Below are positions 10,989 through 19,522 of a DNA stretch of 60,754 nucleotides, one piece after another. The stretch lies in the NCBI GenBank assembly GCA_050696795.1, contig JBOGYJ010000081.1, positions 1 to 60,754 of the forward strand, written 5' to 3'. The position numbers and the translations under genes were made by a program. The notes beneath the pieces are model-generated. The model saw nothing but the letters and a program-made list of their open reading frames with translations. It was not told where the DNA came from and searched no databases. This stretch comes from Solirubrobacteraceae bacterium. Lineage in GTDB: Bacteria > Actinomycetota > Thermoleophilia > Solirubrobacterales > Solirubrobacteraceae. Positions within the stretch are counted from its first letter, which is position 1, and each line of letters opens with the position of its first letter.

Positions 10989-11645
10989 TCAGGCCATACG
11001 GTATCCCACGCCGATCACGGTCTCGACCACCGTTGGCTCTCCCAGCTTACGGCGCAGGGTCATGATCGTCATCCGCACCACGTTCGTGAATGGGTCGGTG
11101 TGTTCGTCCCAGACGCGCTCCAGGAGCTCCTCGGCAGACACGGTCGCGCCATCCGCGGTCATCAGCGTCTCGAGTACGGCCAGTTCCTTGCGGGCCAGGT
11201 CGATCTGGCGCCCGCCCCGCGTGACGCTGCGGCGGGCCGGATCGAGTTCAAGGTCCCCGTGTCTGAGAAGCGGCGGCCTGCTCGGCGCGGTGCGGCGGCT
11301 GAGCGCTCGGATCCGCGCCACCAACTCGGCGAAGCGGAAGGGCTTGGTCAGGTAGTCGTCAGCGCCCAGTGAGAGCCCCTCAACCAGATCTTCCAGCTCG
11401 CTGGCCGCGGTGAGCATGATGATTGCCGTCTCCGGACGCTCGGCGCGCACCAATCTGCAGACATCGTCCCCATGGACCACGGGTAGGTCCCGGTCCAGCA
11501 CCAGCACGTCGTAGCGGACGACACGTGACTTGACCAGCGCATCGCCGCCATCGCCGGCGAGGTCCACGGCCATTCCCTCGCGCCGCAGGCCGCGGGCGAT
11601 CGCATCCGCCAAGCGGCGCTCATCTTCAACTACAAGTACTCGCAT
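10989..11645 (-). CDS. OmpR-family response regulator, CutR-like
   Basis: MRVLVVEDE, VLDRDLP, GADDYLTKPF, winged helix NVVRMTIMTLRRKL. Confidence 0.92.
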   Translation of the reverse strand: MRVLVVEDERRLADAIARGLRREGMAVDLAGDGGDALVKSRVVRYDVLVLDRDLPVVHGDDVCRLVRAERPETAIIMLTAASELEDLVEGLSLGADDYLTKPFRFAELVARIRALSRRTAPSRPPLLRHGDLELDPARRSVTRGGRQIDLARKELAVLETLMTADGATVSAEELLERVWDEHTDPFTNVVRMTIMTLRRKLGEPTVVETVIGVGYRMA

Positions 11646-11720
11646 TGCTGGGTGAGCATGACGTCGAAATCGTAAGAACAAGATAATCAGGGACGATGTC
11701 CCCCAAACGAAACGTGGACG

Positions 11721-12875
11721 ATGTCCTCTGAGCGAAACCCGGTTGAACCGGCGCGGCAGCCGACCGCCGAACCGGGAACCTCATTCGATGTAACACCGAC
11801 CGATGAGCAGAAGATGCTCGTCGAGGCGGTGCGCGACTTCGCGCTCAGGGCCTGTCGCCCGGCGGCGCTGGGCGCAGACGATGCTTGTTGCACTCCGGCG
11901 GAGCTGCTCGCGACCGCGACGGAGCTCGGCTTGGCGGCACTGGGGGTTCCCGAGGCTCACGGCGGTGTGCTCGAGTGTCGCTCGACCGTCACGGCGGCGC
12001 TGATCGCCGAGGCGTTGGCCGAGGGCGACATGGGCATCGCATTGGCGTGCCTGGCTCCGGCGGGAGTCGCCACCGCGCTGGGACTCTGGGGTGATGCCGA
12101 GCAGCAGGCCGAGTATCTGCCGGCCTTTGCCGGCGAGTCGCCACCGGCCGCCGCGATCGCGCTGTCCGAGCCTCGCGTGCTGTTCGACCCGTTTGCGCTC
12201 GAGACGCGCGCCACGCGTTCGGCTTCCGGGGACTTCGTGCTGGCCGGGGTCAAAGCGCTCGTGCCACGGGCGGCTGAGGCGGAGTTGCTGCTCGTCGCAG
12301 CCGCGCTCGATGGCGCGCCGTCACTGTTCATCGTGGAGACCGGTAGCACCGGCGTGAGCGCCACTGCCGACCCAGGGATGGGTCTGCGAGCGGCCGCAAC
12401 CGCACGTGTTTCGTTCGAGGACGTGCGGCTTCCGGCATCTGCGCTTGTGGGAGAGGCTGACCCTCAGGCTTACCGTGAGCTGATCGCGCTCTGCCGGCTC
12501 GGCTGGAGCGCCCTGGCCGTCGGCACGGGCCAGGCGGTGCTTGACTACGTGAGCGGCTACGTGAACCAGCGGATGGCCTTCGGTGAGCCGATCTCGAACC
12601 GCCAGTCGGTCGCGTTCATGGTCGCCAACATCGCGATCGAGCTCGAATCCCTGAGGCTTGCGACCTATCGCGCAGCCGGCCTTGCCGAGACCGGCCACGA
12701 TTTCATCCGCGCAGCCGCGCTCTCGCGCGCGCTTGCGGCCCAGCACGCGATGCGCATCGGCTCTGACGGCGTGCAACTGCTCGGCGGCCACGGCTACACC
12801 AAGGAACACCCCGTCGAGCGCTGGTACCGTGACCTGCGCGCCGCCGGGATGCTCGAAGGGGCGCTGCTCCTCTGA
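11721..12875 (+). CDS. Acyl-CoA dehydrogenase, FadE24-like subunit
   Basis: AEALAEGDMG, RMAFGEPISNRQSVAF, GVQLLGGHGYTKEHPVERWYRDLR; short C-terminus. Confidence 0.88.
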   Translation: MSSERNPVEPARQPTAEPGTSFDVTPTDEQKMLVEAVRDFALRACRPAALGADDACCTPAELLATATELGLAALGVPEAHGGVLECRSTVTAALIAEALAEGDMGIALACLAPAGVATALGLWGDAEQQAEYLPAFAGESPPAAAIALSEPRVLFDPFALETRATRSASGDFVLAGVKALVPRAAEAELLLVAAALDGAPSLFIVETGSTGVSATADPGMGLRAAATARVSFEDVRLPASALVGEADPQAYRELIALCRLGWSALAVGTGQAVLDYVSGYVNQRMAFGEPISNRQSVAFMVANIAIELESLRLATYRAAGLAETGHDFIRAAALSRALAAQHAMRIGSDGVQLLGGHGYTKEHPVERWYRDLRAAGMLEGALLL

Positions 12876-13027
12876 TGACCGGCTTCCCGACCACGAAACC
12901 GCCCGCGCTCGGCCCCACGACCACGAAACCGCCCGCGCTCGGTCCCGCGACCACGAAACCGCCCGCGCTCGGCCCCACGACCCCGAAGCCGCTCGCGCCC
13001 GACCTCGCGACTCTGGTGCCCCGATGA
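12875..13027 (+). CDS. Putative 50-aa Pro/Thr repeat mini-ORF bridging the two acyl-CoA dehydrogenase genes
   Basis: ATG 12875 overlaps upstream TGA; open for 50 codons; TGA 13025-13027 overlaps downstream ATG 13024. Confidence 0.45.
   Translation: MTGFPTTKPPALGPTTTKPPALGPATTKPPALGPTTPKPLAPDLATLVPR
12889..13010 (+). repeat. 30-bp tandem repeat, 4 copies
   Basis: Unit gaccacgaaaccgcccgcgctcggccccac at 12889, 12919, 12949 and 12979 (degenerate). Confidence 0.95.
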
Positions 13028-14238
13028 TCAACCTCGAGACGCCGGCGAAGCTAGACACCCTGACCTACCAGGCCAGCATGGCCGCGCTGCACGTGTTGCG
13101 GCCGATCTCCCGCAAATACGACACGGCCGAGCACACCTATCCGGTGGAGCTCGACACGCTCGCCGAGCTCGTCGCCCAGGCCAATGCCCAGCAGGCCGGG
13201 TTCAACACAAGCGACACCCCGGATCCGGCGCCTCCCGACCCCGGCTCGGACACAAACGTCAACGGCCGCAGCCTCGCCAGCCTGATCGGGCTGGTCGAGA
13301 TGTGCTGGGGTGATGTCGGCCTGATGCTGACGATGCCGCGTCAGGGCCTCGGTCAGGCGGCAATCCGCGCCGTCGCCACACCCGAGCAGCTCCAGCGCTT
13401 CGGCGGCAAGTGGGCAGCGATGGCGATTACCGAACCGGAAGCCGGCTCCGACTCCGCGTCTATACGTACCACGGCCGTACTTGATGGTGACGAATACGTG
13501 CTCAACGGAGAGAAGATCTTCGTGACATCTGGCGATCGAGCCGAGCTGATCGTCGTCTGGGCCACGCTTGACCGCTCGGTCGGGCGCGGCGCGATCAAGT
13601 CATTTGTCGTCGAACGTGACAATCCAGGCCTGAAACTCGACAGGCTCGAGCACAAGCTTGGTATTCGCGCCTCTGACACTGCCAATTTCGTTCTTGAGAA
13701 CTGTCGCGTACCGAAAGTCAACCTGCTCGGCTCGCCGGAGATCGCGACCGCGCGCGAGGGCTTTGCCGGAGTGATGCAGACCTTCGACAACACACGACCG
13801 ATGGTTGCCGGGATGGCGGTCGGCGTCGCCAGAGCGGCACTCGAGCGTACACGCGAGTTGTTCGAGGAGGCCGGGGTGCAGATCGACTACGACCGTCCGC
13901 TGACCACGCAGAGCGCGGCGGTGGCGGAGTTCATCCAGCTCGAGGCCGACTGGGAGGCCTCACGCCTGCTGTCGCTGAAGGCCGCCTGGATGTCAGATAA
14001 CCGCGTGCCGAACACGGTCGCGGCGTCAATCGCCAAGGCCAAGGCCGGCCGCGTGGCCACCGATGTCACCCTGCACTGCGTGGCGCTCTGCGGCACGGTC
14101 GGCTACGGCGAGGACGAGCTGCTGGAGAAATGGGCGCGCGACGCCAAGATCCTCGACATCTTCGAGGGCACGCAGCAAATCCAGCAGCTCGTGATCGCCC
14201 GGCAGCTGCTGGGCAGGCAGTCCTCAGAGCTGCGCTAG
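13024..14238 (+). CDS. Acyl-CoA dehydrogenase, FadE23-like subunit
   Basis: MINLETP N-terminus, AITEPEAGSD, LNGEKIFVT, KLGIRASDT, EKWARDAKILDIFEGTQQIQ. Confidence 0.9.
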   Translation: MINLETPAKLDTLTYQASMAALHVLRPISRKYDTAEHTYPVELDTLAELVAQANAQQAGFNTSDTPDPAPPDPGSDTNVNGRSLASLIGLVEMCWGDVGLMLTMPRQGLGQAAIRAVATPEQLQRFGGKWAAMAITEPEAGSDSASIRTTAVLDGDEYVLNGEKIFVTSGDRAELIVVWATLDRSVGRGAIKSFVVERDNPGLKLDRLEHKLGIRASDTANFVLENCRVPKVNLLGSPEIATAREGFAGVMQTFDNTRPMVAGMAVGVARAALERTRELFEEAGVQIDYDRPLTTQSAAVAEFIQLEADWEASRLLSLKAAWMSDNRVPNTVAASIAKAKAGRVATDVTLHCVALCGTVGYGEDELLEKWARDAKILDIFEGTQQIQQLVIARQLLGRQSSELR

Positions 14239-14345
14239 GCCCCGTCGCGGGCGGTGTGCTGGGCCCCGTCGCGGGCGGTGTGCTGGGCCCCGTCGCGGGC
14301 GGTGCGCTGGGCTCCGTCGCGGGCGGTGTGCTGGGCCCCATCGCG
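14238..14345 (+). repeat. 24-bp tandem repeat, ~4.5 copies, between convergent genes
   Basis: Unit ggccccgtcgcgggcggtgtgctg at 14238, 14262, 14286, 14310, partial at 14334. Confidence 0.95.
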
Positions 14346-14351
14346 TGTGCT

Positions 14352-15548
14352 CTACGACGCCTGCTCGACGACTTTGAATTCGATTCCGGCGCGCACGAGT
14401 CTGTCGATCAGCGGCTGGCCCAGTGCCAGCGCCGGCGTCCACTGACCACCGCCGAGCTGCGGCAGGTTGTCGTCAAAGGCCAGCGCCAGCGCCGATTCTG
14501 CCAGCATCTTGGCCGTCTCGCCGTAGCCGGGATCACCGCCGCGGAGCTCGGTGATCAGCCGCGCGCGCGGACTGCCCAGGCCGTAGTCGGCGACCATCCG
14601 CACACGGAAGAACGACTTTGCGCGGCGCTCCTCTGACGGCCCGCTGCCCGGAGCCTTCAACCTCAACAAGAGCTTTCGGGTCGTCTCGAGTTGCGCGAGT
14701 GCTGTGACGATGCCGACGCCGACCCCGAAGCCGATCGTCGTGCGCAGCTTCTTGGTCACGATGAAGTGCGAGTAGCTGAAGTCAGGGCCGTACGCCGAGT
14801 TCAGACGGGCCGAGCGCAGCACGTGCTGCGGGTCGACCGTCGGGACTGGCACCACCCAACCCCCGGCCAGCGGCTCGTTGTGAGGTCGTCCCGGGATTCC
14901 ACGGACGCTCCGCCCTTCCGCGAGGTGCCCATCATCGGCGTTTCGCTCGACGGAGCGGCGCTGCCGCGCGACGCGACCTCCCTCCTTGATCCGACCCATC
15001 TGCCCGACGGCCGAATGGAAGGTGCCCCCGGAGATGGAGCCGCTGGCGGCTCCGAACCCGCGCAGAGCGATCGGAACGTCATCCGGCAGCTGCGAAACCG
15101 CAAAGAGTGCCCCAAGGTCATATGGGATCGAATCGAAGCCGCAGGAGTGCACCAGCCTCGCTCCGCTGGCCTTCGCCACGGTGTGGTAACGCAGATACAC
15201 GACGTCGATGAACTCCGATTCTCCCGTCAGATCGACGTAGTCGGTCCCGGCAGCAGCACATGCGGCCACCAACGGTTCGCCGTAGCGGAGGTACGGGCCA
15301 ACCGTCGAGATCACCACCCGGCCCGCTTCGGCGAGCGTTCGAATCGAGCTCTCGTTCGTGACGTCAGCGACGAGTATCCCCCACCCGGGACGCTGAACCG
15401 CTTCGCGGAGCGCCTCGAGCTTCTCGGCACTGCGACCGGCCAGCGCGACCCGCGTACCCTCCGGGGAGTGCTCCGCCAGGTACTGCGCGGTCAGCTCACC
15501 GACAAAGCCCGTGGCCCCGAACAGGACGATGTCGTGATCGCGTGCCAT
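14352..15548 (-). CDS. Saccharopine dehydrogenase-like oxidoreductase (trans-acting enoyl reductase family)
   Basis: FGATGFVG, STVGPY, YVDLTGE, CGFDSIPYDLG, GDPGYGETAKML. Confidence 0.88.
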   Translation of the reverse strand: MARDHDIVLFGATGFVGELTAQYLAEHSPEGTRVALAGRSAEKLEALREAVQRPGWGILVADVTNESSIRTLAEAGRVVISTVGPYLRYGEPLVAACAAAGTDYVDLTGESEFIDVVYLRYHTVAKASGARLVHSCGFDSIPYDLGALFAVSQLPDDVPIALRGFGAASGSISGGTFHSAVGQMGRIKEGGRVARQRRSVERNADDGHLAEGRSVRGIPGRPHNEPLAGGWVVPVPTVDPQHVLRSARLNSAYGPDFSYSHFIVTKKLRTTIGFGVGVGIVTALAQLETTRKLLLRLKAPGSGPSEERRAKSFFRVRMVADYGLGSPRARLITELRGGDPGYGETAKMLAESALALAFDDNLPQLGGGQWTPALALGQPLIDRLVRAGIEFKVVEQAS

Positions 15549-15589
15549 CCCGCGTCGACTTTACCCCCGTCACTAGATTCCGCGATGCG

Positions 15590-16153
15590 ATGCTGATCCG
15601 TCACGCCAAACCCGAGGACGCCGCCGGCTGCCTCGCCGTCTACGGACCGTTCGCCGATGGCACAGCGATCAGCTTCGAGCGCGAAGCACCGTCGCTCGAT
15701 GAGTACCGGCAACGCATCACGCGTGTCAGTCGCACCCACGCCTTCCTGGTCGCCGACGAGCGGGAGCGCATCGCAGGGTTCGCATACGCCGGCGTACATC
15801 GTGAGCGCTTGTCCTACCGCTGGACGTGTGAGGTGAGCGTCTACCTGGGCGAGGGTTTTCGCGGCCGCGGCCTTGGTCGCGCGCTCTATCAGGCACTCTT
15901 TCCGTTGCTGGAGGCGCAGGGCTACCGGATGATGCTCGCCGGCATCTCCCTGCCCAACCCAGCCAGCGTCGCGCTGCACAGATCGCTCGGCTTCGACGAG
16001 GTTGGTGTGTATCGGCGTATCGGCTGGAAGGCCGGTGGTTGGCGCGATGTCATATGGCTTGCGCGACAGCTCGGAGCGGCAACGCATGAGACGGAACTGC
16101 CACCACCGCCGGGTCCACCGGTCCGGCTCGCCCAGCCGCTCGAGCTCCAGTGA
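15590..16153 (+). CDS. GNAT N-acetyltransferase (phosphinothricin acetyltransferase/YncA-like)
   Basis: AISFE, RGRGLGRALY, LPNPASVALH..LGF, GWKAGGWRDV. Confidence 0.88.
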   Translation: MLIRHAKPEDAAGCLAVYGPFADGTAISFEREAPSLDEYRQRITRVSRTHAFLVADERERIAGFAYAGVHRERLSYRWTCEVSVYLGEGFRGRGLGRALYQALFPLLEAQGYRMMLAGISLPNPASVALHRSLGFDEVGVYRRIGWKAGGWRDVIWLARQLGAATHETELPPPPGPPVRLAQPLELQ

Positions 16154-16192
16154 ACGGGCGGCCCGGCTGAGCGGCATTCGCCGCACGAGCCT

Positions 16193-16291
16193 CGGTGGCG
16201 TGGCGGCGGGCGGAAGCGGTGGCGTGGCGGCGGGCGGAAGCGGTGGCGTGGCCGCGGGCGGAAGCGGTGGCGTGGCGGTAGGCGGAAGCGG
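16193..16291 (+). repeat. 24-bp tandem repeat, 4 copies, between convergent genes
   Basis: Unit cggtggcgtggcggcgggcggaag at 16193, 16217, 16241, 16265. Confidence 0.95.
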
Positions 16292-16311
16292 ACGCGGCGT
16301 TCGCGTAAGGC

Positions 16312-17559
16312 CTACTCAGTGCGCGGGCCGAATGCGCGCGCGTGATCACGCACACCACCGATACGAGTCCCGGCCTTCCGGATGTCATGTACTGTTATGT
16401 ACATATCCACGTGCGGCGGCCCGCTCAGCAGCTCGTCGAGCACCGTTGCTGCCTGTGTGTGACACAGGCAGTTTGCAGTCGAGCTCACTGCATGCACCAA
16501 ACGCACGCCCGGCATCGGGCGCGTCACGAGAAAGTCATCGGGACTGCGCCTCGAGCGCACGTGTGTACCGCTCCAGCGCTGCCGCACATCCGGAGTGAAA
16601 CCCAGGAGACTGCGCGCCTGACCGAGCATCAGCAGGTCAAGGCGCTCACGGGAGAACGGCATGCGAGCGTCTGCGTACGTTGTTGTACTCCCTACGACGA
16701 GGTCCCCGTCACCGAGCTGTGCCACAACCAGGTTTACGCCGCCCTCGACGAGTTCGGGCGACTCCAGCTCGAGCCGCTCCCCGAGCGACTGCATGGCGCC
16801 CGCGGCGCAGAAGCCGGGATATCCGAGCAGACTCGAGCCCGTGGTTAGCGTCTGCCGGTAGCCGTGCCCGACCGGTGAAGCAAGGCGCAGCATCTGCGAA
16901 CGGGACAGCGTCAGCGAGCTCTCCTGTGACCACAGCGCCCGCGGCAGCATCTGGTAGTCCGCTCCTGGGCAGACCACGATCGCTCCGGCTCGGACGCGCA
17001 GCGCGCCGGCGTGAACCGCCCCGGGCTCGATCTCGTGCACGTGGGCGCCCCATTCGATCCGCGCGCTTGGATCTCGGCCGAGCAGTCGTGCCAGGGCAGC
17101 GGTCGCCGAGCGGGGATCTATACGGAGGTCCTGCTTCGCATGAAGGCCCCCAAGCACCCCGTCGACGGGAATCGGCGCGAGCTTTCCGATCTTCTTCGGC
17201 GAGCGCATGCGCGCGTGACGCCCCGGGTCGCAGGCGGTTGCCTCCAGCACTGCGAGCTCCTCGGGTCGGTGGGCGATGATCAGTGTGCCGCCCTCATCCG
17301 CGCGGGCGCCGGCGCGGCGTGCGAGGTCTATCCAGCGCTCACGCGCCAGCGGCGCGGCATCCAACGCCCGACCCGCGGGCAATGCTGAGAAGAAGAGATG
17401 GCCCGAGTCCCGCACACTCGCCCCCGTCGCGCGCGCACCGCGTTCCAACAGCACCACGCCCAGGCCGCGTCGCCGGGCCTCGTGCGCGTGCGCCAGGCCG
17501 ATGAGACCCGCCCCGACGACACATACGTCGGTCTCGATCGTTCTTATGAGGCTGGGCAA
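16312..17559 (-). CDS. FAD-dependent oxidoreductase (DAO fold, TIGR03364/HpnW-like); start uncertain
   Basis: DVCVVGAGLIGLAHA, GASVR, DLRIDPR, AIVVCPGAD motifs; TTG start assumed. Confidence 0.75.
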   Translation of the reverse strand: MPSLIRTIETDVCVVGAGLIGLAHAHEARRRGLGVVLLERGARATGASVRDSGHLFFSALPAGRALDAAPLARERWIDLARRAGARADEGGTLIIAHRPEELAVLEATACDPGRHARMRSPKKIGKLAPIPVDGVLGGLHAKQDLRIDPRSATAALARLLGRDPSARIEWGAHVHEIEPGAVHAGALRVRAGAIVVCPGADYQMLPRALWSQESSLTLSRSQMLRLASPVGHGYRQTLTTGSSLLGYPGFCAAGAMQSLGERLELESPELVEGGVNLVVAQLGDGDLVVGSTTTYADARMPFSRERLDLLMLGQARSLLGFTPDVRQRWSGTHVRSRRSPDDFLVTRPMPGVRLVHAVSSTANCLCHTQAATVLDELLSGPPHVDMYITVHDIRKAGTRIGGVRDHARAFGPRTE

Positions 17560-17759
17560 GAGTCGTCGGTGAAATGGGCGATGATCAGATAGTTGGAGCG
17601 CGGGTCCAACCGACTGTCGCAGGCCGCGACAACCCAACCGTTTCGCCCAGAAGGCCACTTCTATAAGCGCCACGAAGTCCCTGCAAGAAGCCGCCCACTC
17701 TTACGTTGTGCGGCTCACCACTCGACGTTCCGCCGCCGGATGCGGTTTTATCCGGCGGC

Positions 17760-18425
17760 ATGACACCTGTGGGAGAGGGGTGCCTGCGGCCGCTGAGCGC
17801 CGCCACCGCCGGTCGAACGACACTGCGCGTCGCGGCCATCGGCGCCACCCTGTGTGCGTTGGCGCTGTGGTTCTCGAGCGTCGCTCGCGCCGACAGCTCC
17901 CTGTTGTGCGCCGGCTACTCGCCGTGCAGCGCCCCAGGGCTGACCACCCACGGATACCAGAACGCCGCCGCCGAGTCCTGGTGGTCCATGTACCCGGGCA
18001 TCAACTGCACCAACTACGCCGCCTACCTCGAGTCCCAGATCTACGGTGTTCCCACACCAGGCGTGCTGCTCGGTGACGCGTTCCAATGGTCCGACCACGC
18101 ATCCGAGGCCGGCATCCCCGTCGACCAGACACCAACCGCGGGCTCTGTCGCCGTGTGGGGCTCCGACGCGCAGGGCATGGGCGGCTACGGTCACGTGGCC
18201 GTGGTCGAGGCGATCGGCCCCGACGGCAGCTACATCGACGTCTCCCAGAGCGGCATGGGGACCGCCAACGACGGTTACAGCTGGGAGCGGGTCTACCGCG
18301 ACGCTTCCTCCTGGGAGCCATGGCCCACGAGCTTCATCCACTTCGCCGGCTCAGGCAGCTCGACCACCCTGCCCCGCGCGGGCTCGCGCATGCCGGGCGC
18401 CGAGCTCGTCTCCGTCGGCGGCTAG
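17760..18425 (+). CDS. Secreted CHAP-domain amidase/peptidase
   Basis: Signal-like segment ending ARA; NCTNYA (Cys), GDAFQW, PTAGSVAVW, GHVAVVE (His/Glu). Confidence 0.85.
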   Translation: MTPVGEGCLRPLSAATAGRTTLRVAAIGATLCALALWFSSVARADSSLLCAGYSPCSAPGLTTHGYQNAAAESWWSMYPGINCTNYAAYLESQIYGVPTPGVLLGDAFQWSDHASEAGIPVDQTPTAGSVAVWGSDAQGMGGYGHVAVVEAIGPDGSYIDVSQSGMGTANDGYSWERVYRDASSWEPWPTSFIHFAGSGSSTTLPRAGSRMPGAELVSVGG

Positions 18426-18510
18426 TCCACCCGCCGCGAAGTCTCGTTGACCGCCAGGTCAGCCCACCGCTCGTGAGCGGCTCGCGCGGCTGCCTGTAGC
18501 CTCCCGCTCC

Positions 18511-19104
18511 ATGCTCCTCTTCAACAGCGCGGTCTCCGGCAACTGCTACAAGGTCCGCCTGCTGGCGGTGCACCTGGGTATCAAGCTCGACCTGCACGAG
18601 CTCGACGTCGTCGACCGCGCCGACCGACCCGGCCTCATCGGCAACCTGACGCCCGTCATGCGTGTGCCCGTGGTGGTGCTGGATGACGGACGCTCGATGT
18701 TCGAGTCCAACGCGATCATCGATTACCTCGCTGAGAGCACGCCCTTCATGCCCGTCGACCCCTATGAGCGCCAGCAGGCGCTTGCGTGGCAGTTCTTCGA
18801 GCAGTACGAGATCGAGCCCAACCTGGCCGTCGCCCGCTTCTTCAGGCTCTTCGATCTGGAGCCTCCGGAGGGCCTCTGGCGCCAGAAGCAGGAGGGCGGA
18901 CGCAAGGGCCTCGAGGCACTCGAGCGCGGCCTCACCGGCAAGGAGTTCCTCGTCGGTGACCGCTACACGGTCGCGGACATCAGCGCTTACGCCTACACGC
19001 ACGTGGCCGGTGAGGGCGGCTTCGACCTCGAGCCCTACCCGTGGATCCGCGCGTGGATTGATCGCGTCGCCGGCCAGCCAGGGCACATCCTGATCACCGA
19101 CTGA
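18511..19104 (+). CDS. Glutathione S-transferase family protein
   Basis: SGNCYKVRL, RVPV, ESNAII.YLA, FLVGDRYTVADI. Confidence 0.9.
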   Translation: MLLFNSAVSGNCYKVRLLAVHLGIKLDLHELDVVDRADRPGLIGNLTPVMRVPVVVLDDGRSMFESNAIIDYLAESTPFMPVDPYERQQALAWQFFEQYEIEPNLAVARFFRLFDLEPPEGLWRQKQEGGRKGLEALERGLTGKEFLVGDRYTVADISAYAYTHVAGEGGFDLEPYPWIRAWIDRVAGQPGHILITD

Positions 19105-19111
19105 CCTGCAC

Positions 19112-19131
19112 TGCCGCCCAGCGGGGCGGCA
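19112..19131. terminator. Hairpin between convergent genes
   Basis: tgccgccc-agcg-gggcggca. Confidence 0.45.
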
Positions 19132-19149
19132 ACCCCAGGCCGTAATCGG

Positions 19150-19458
19150 CTACCGGCGGCCCGTGAGCGGTGAGAACCGCTCGACCGCCTCGTTGGCGAA
19201 GGCCCTCGGCTCGGCCTTGGCCACCAGCTTGCCCAACTCGCGACGCTCGCGCTCTGGCAGGTTCTGCGGCCGGCCCTTGGCCTCCTTGAGCAGCAGCACG
19301 ATGCGGCGGCGCTCCGCTGGGGTCAGGCGCTCGAAGTGAACCTTGGCCAGCATCGCGAGCTCCGCCAGCACCACCAGACTGGCCAAGGGCACGCGCCTCA
19401 GCCCGGGAAGCCGCTGGGCGGCGCGGGCGACTGCGACGTTCATCAACGGCGACAGCAT
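19150..19458 (-). CDS. Hypothetical helical protein
   Basis: 102-aa ORF with typical codon use; TAGAAT -10-like box 9 nt upstream of ATG. Confidence 0.65.
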   Translation of the reverse strand: MLSPLMNVAVARAAQRLPGLRRVPLASLVVLAELAMLAKVHFERLTPAERRRIVLLLKEAKGRPQNLPERERRELGKLVAKAEPRAFANEAVERFSPLTGRR

Positions 19459-19522
19459 CCTGGTTCGATTCTACGCCGGTCACCGTGCCCCTCCCGCTGG
19501 GTGCTCTGTACCGTCTCGCCGG

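Noticed and set aside
12658..13023. N-terminal extension of the second acyl-CoA dehydrogenase through the repeat (DHETARARP)
   Set aside because: It would overlap the upstream gene by over 200 bp; the family-like N-terminus begins at MINLE (13024).
12889..16291. 24-30-bp arrays as CRISPR or guide-RNA arrays
   Set aside because: Head-to-tail near-identical units with no variable spacer segment.
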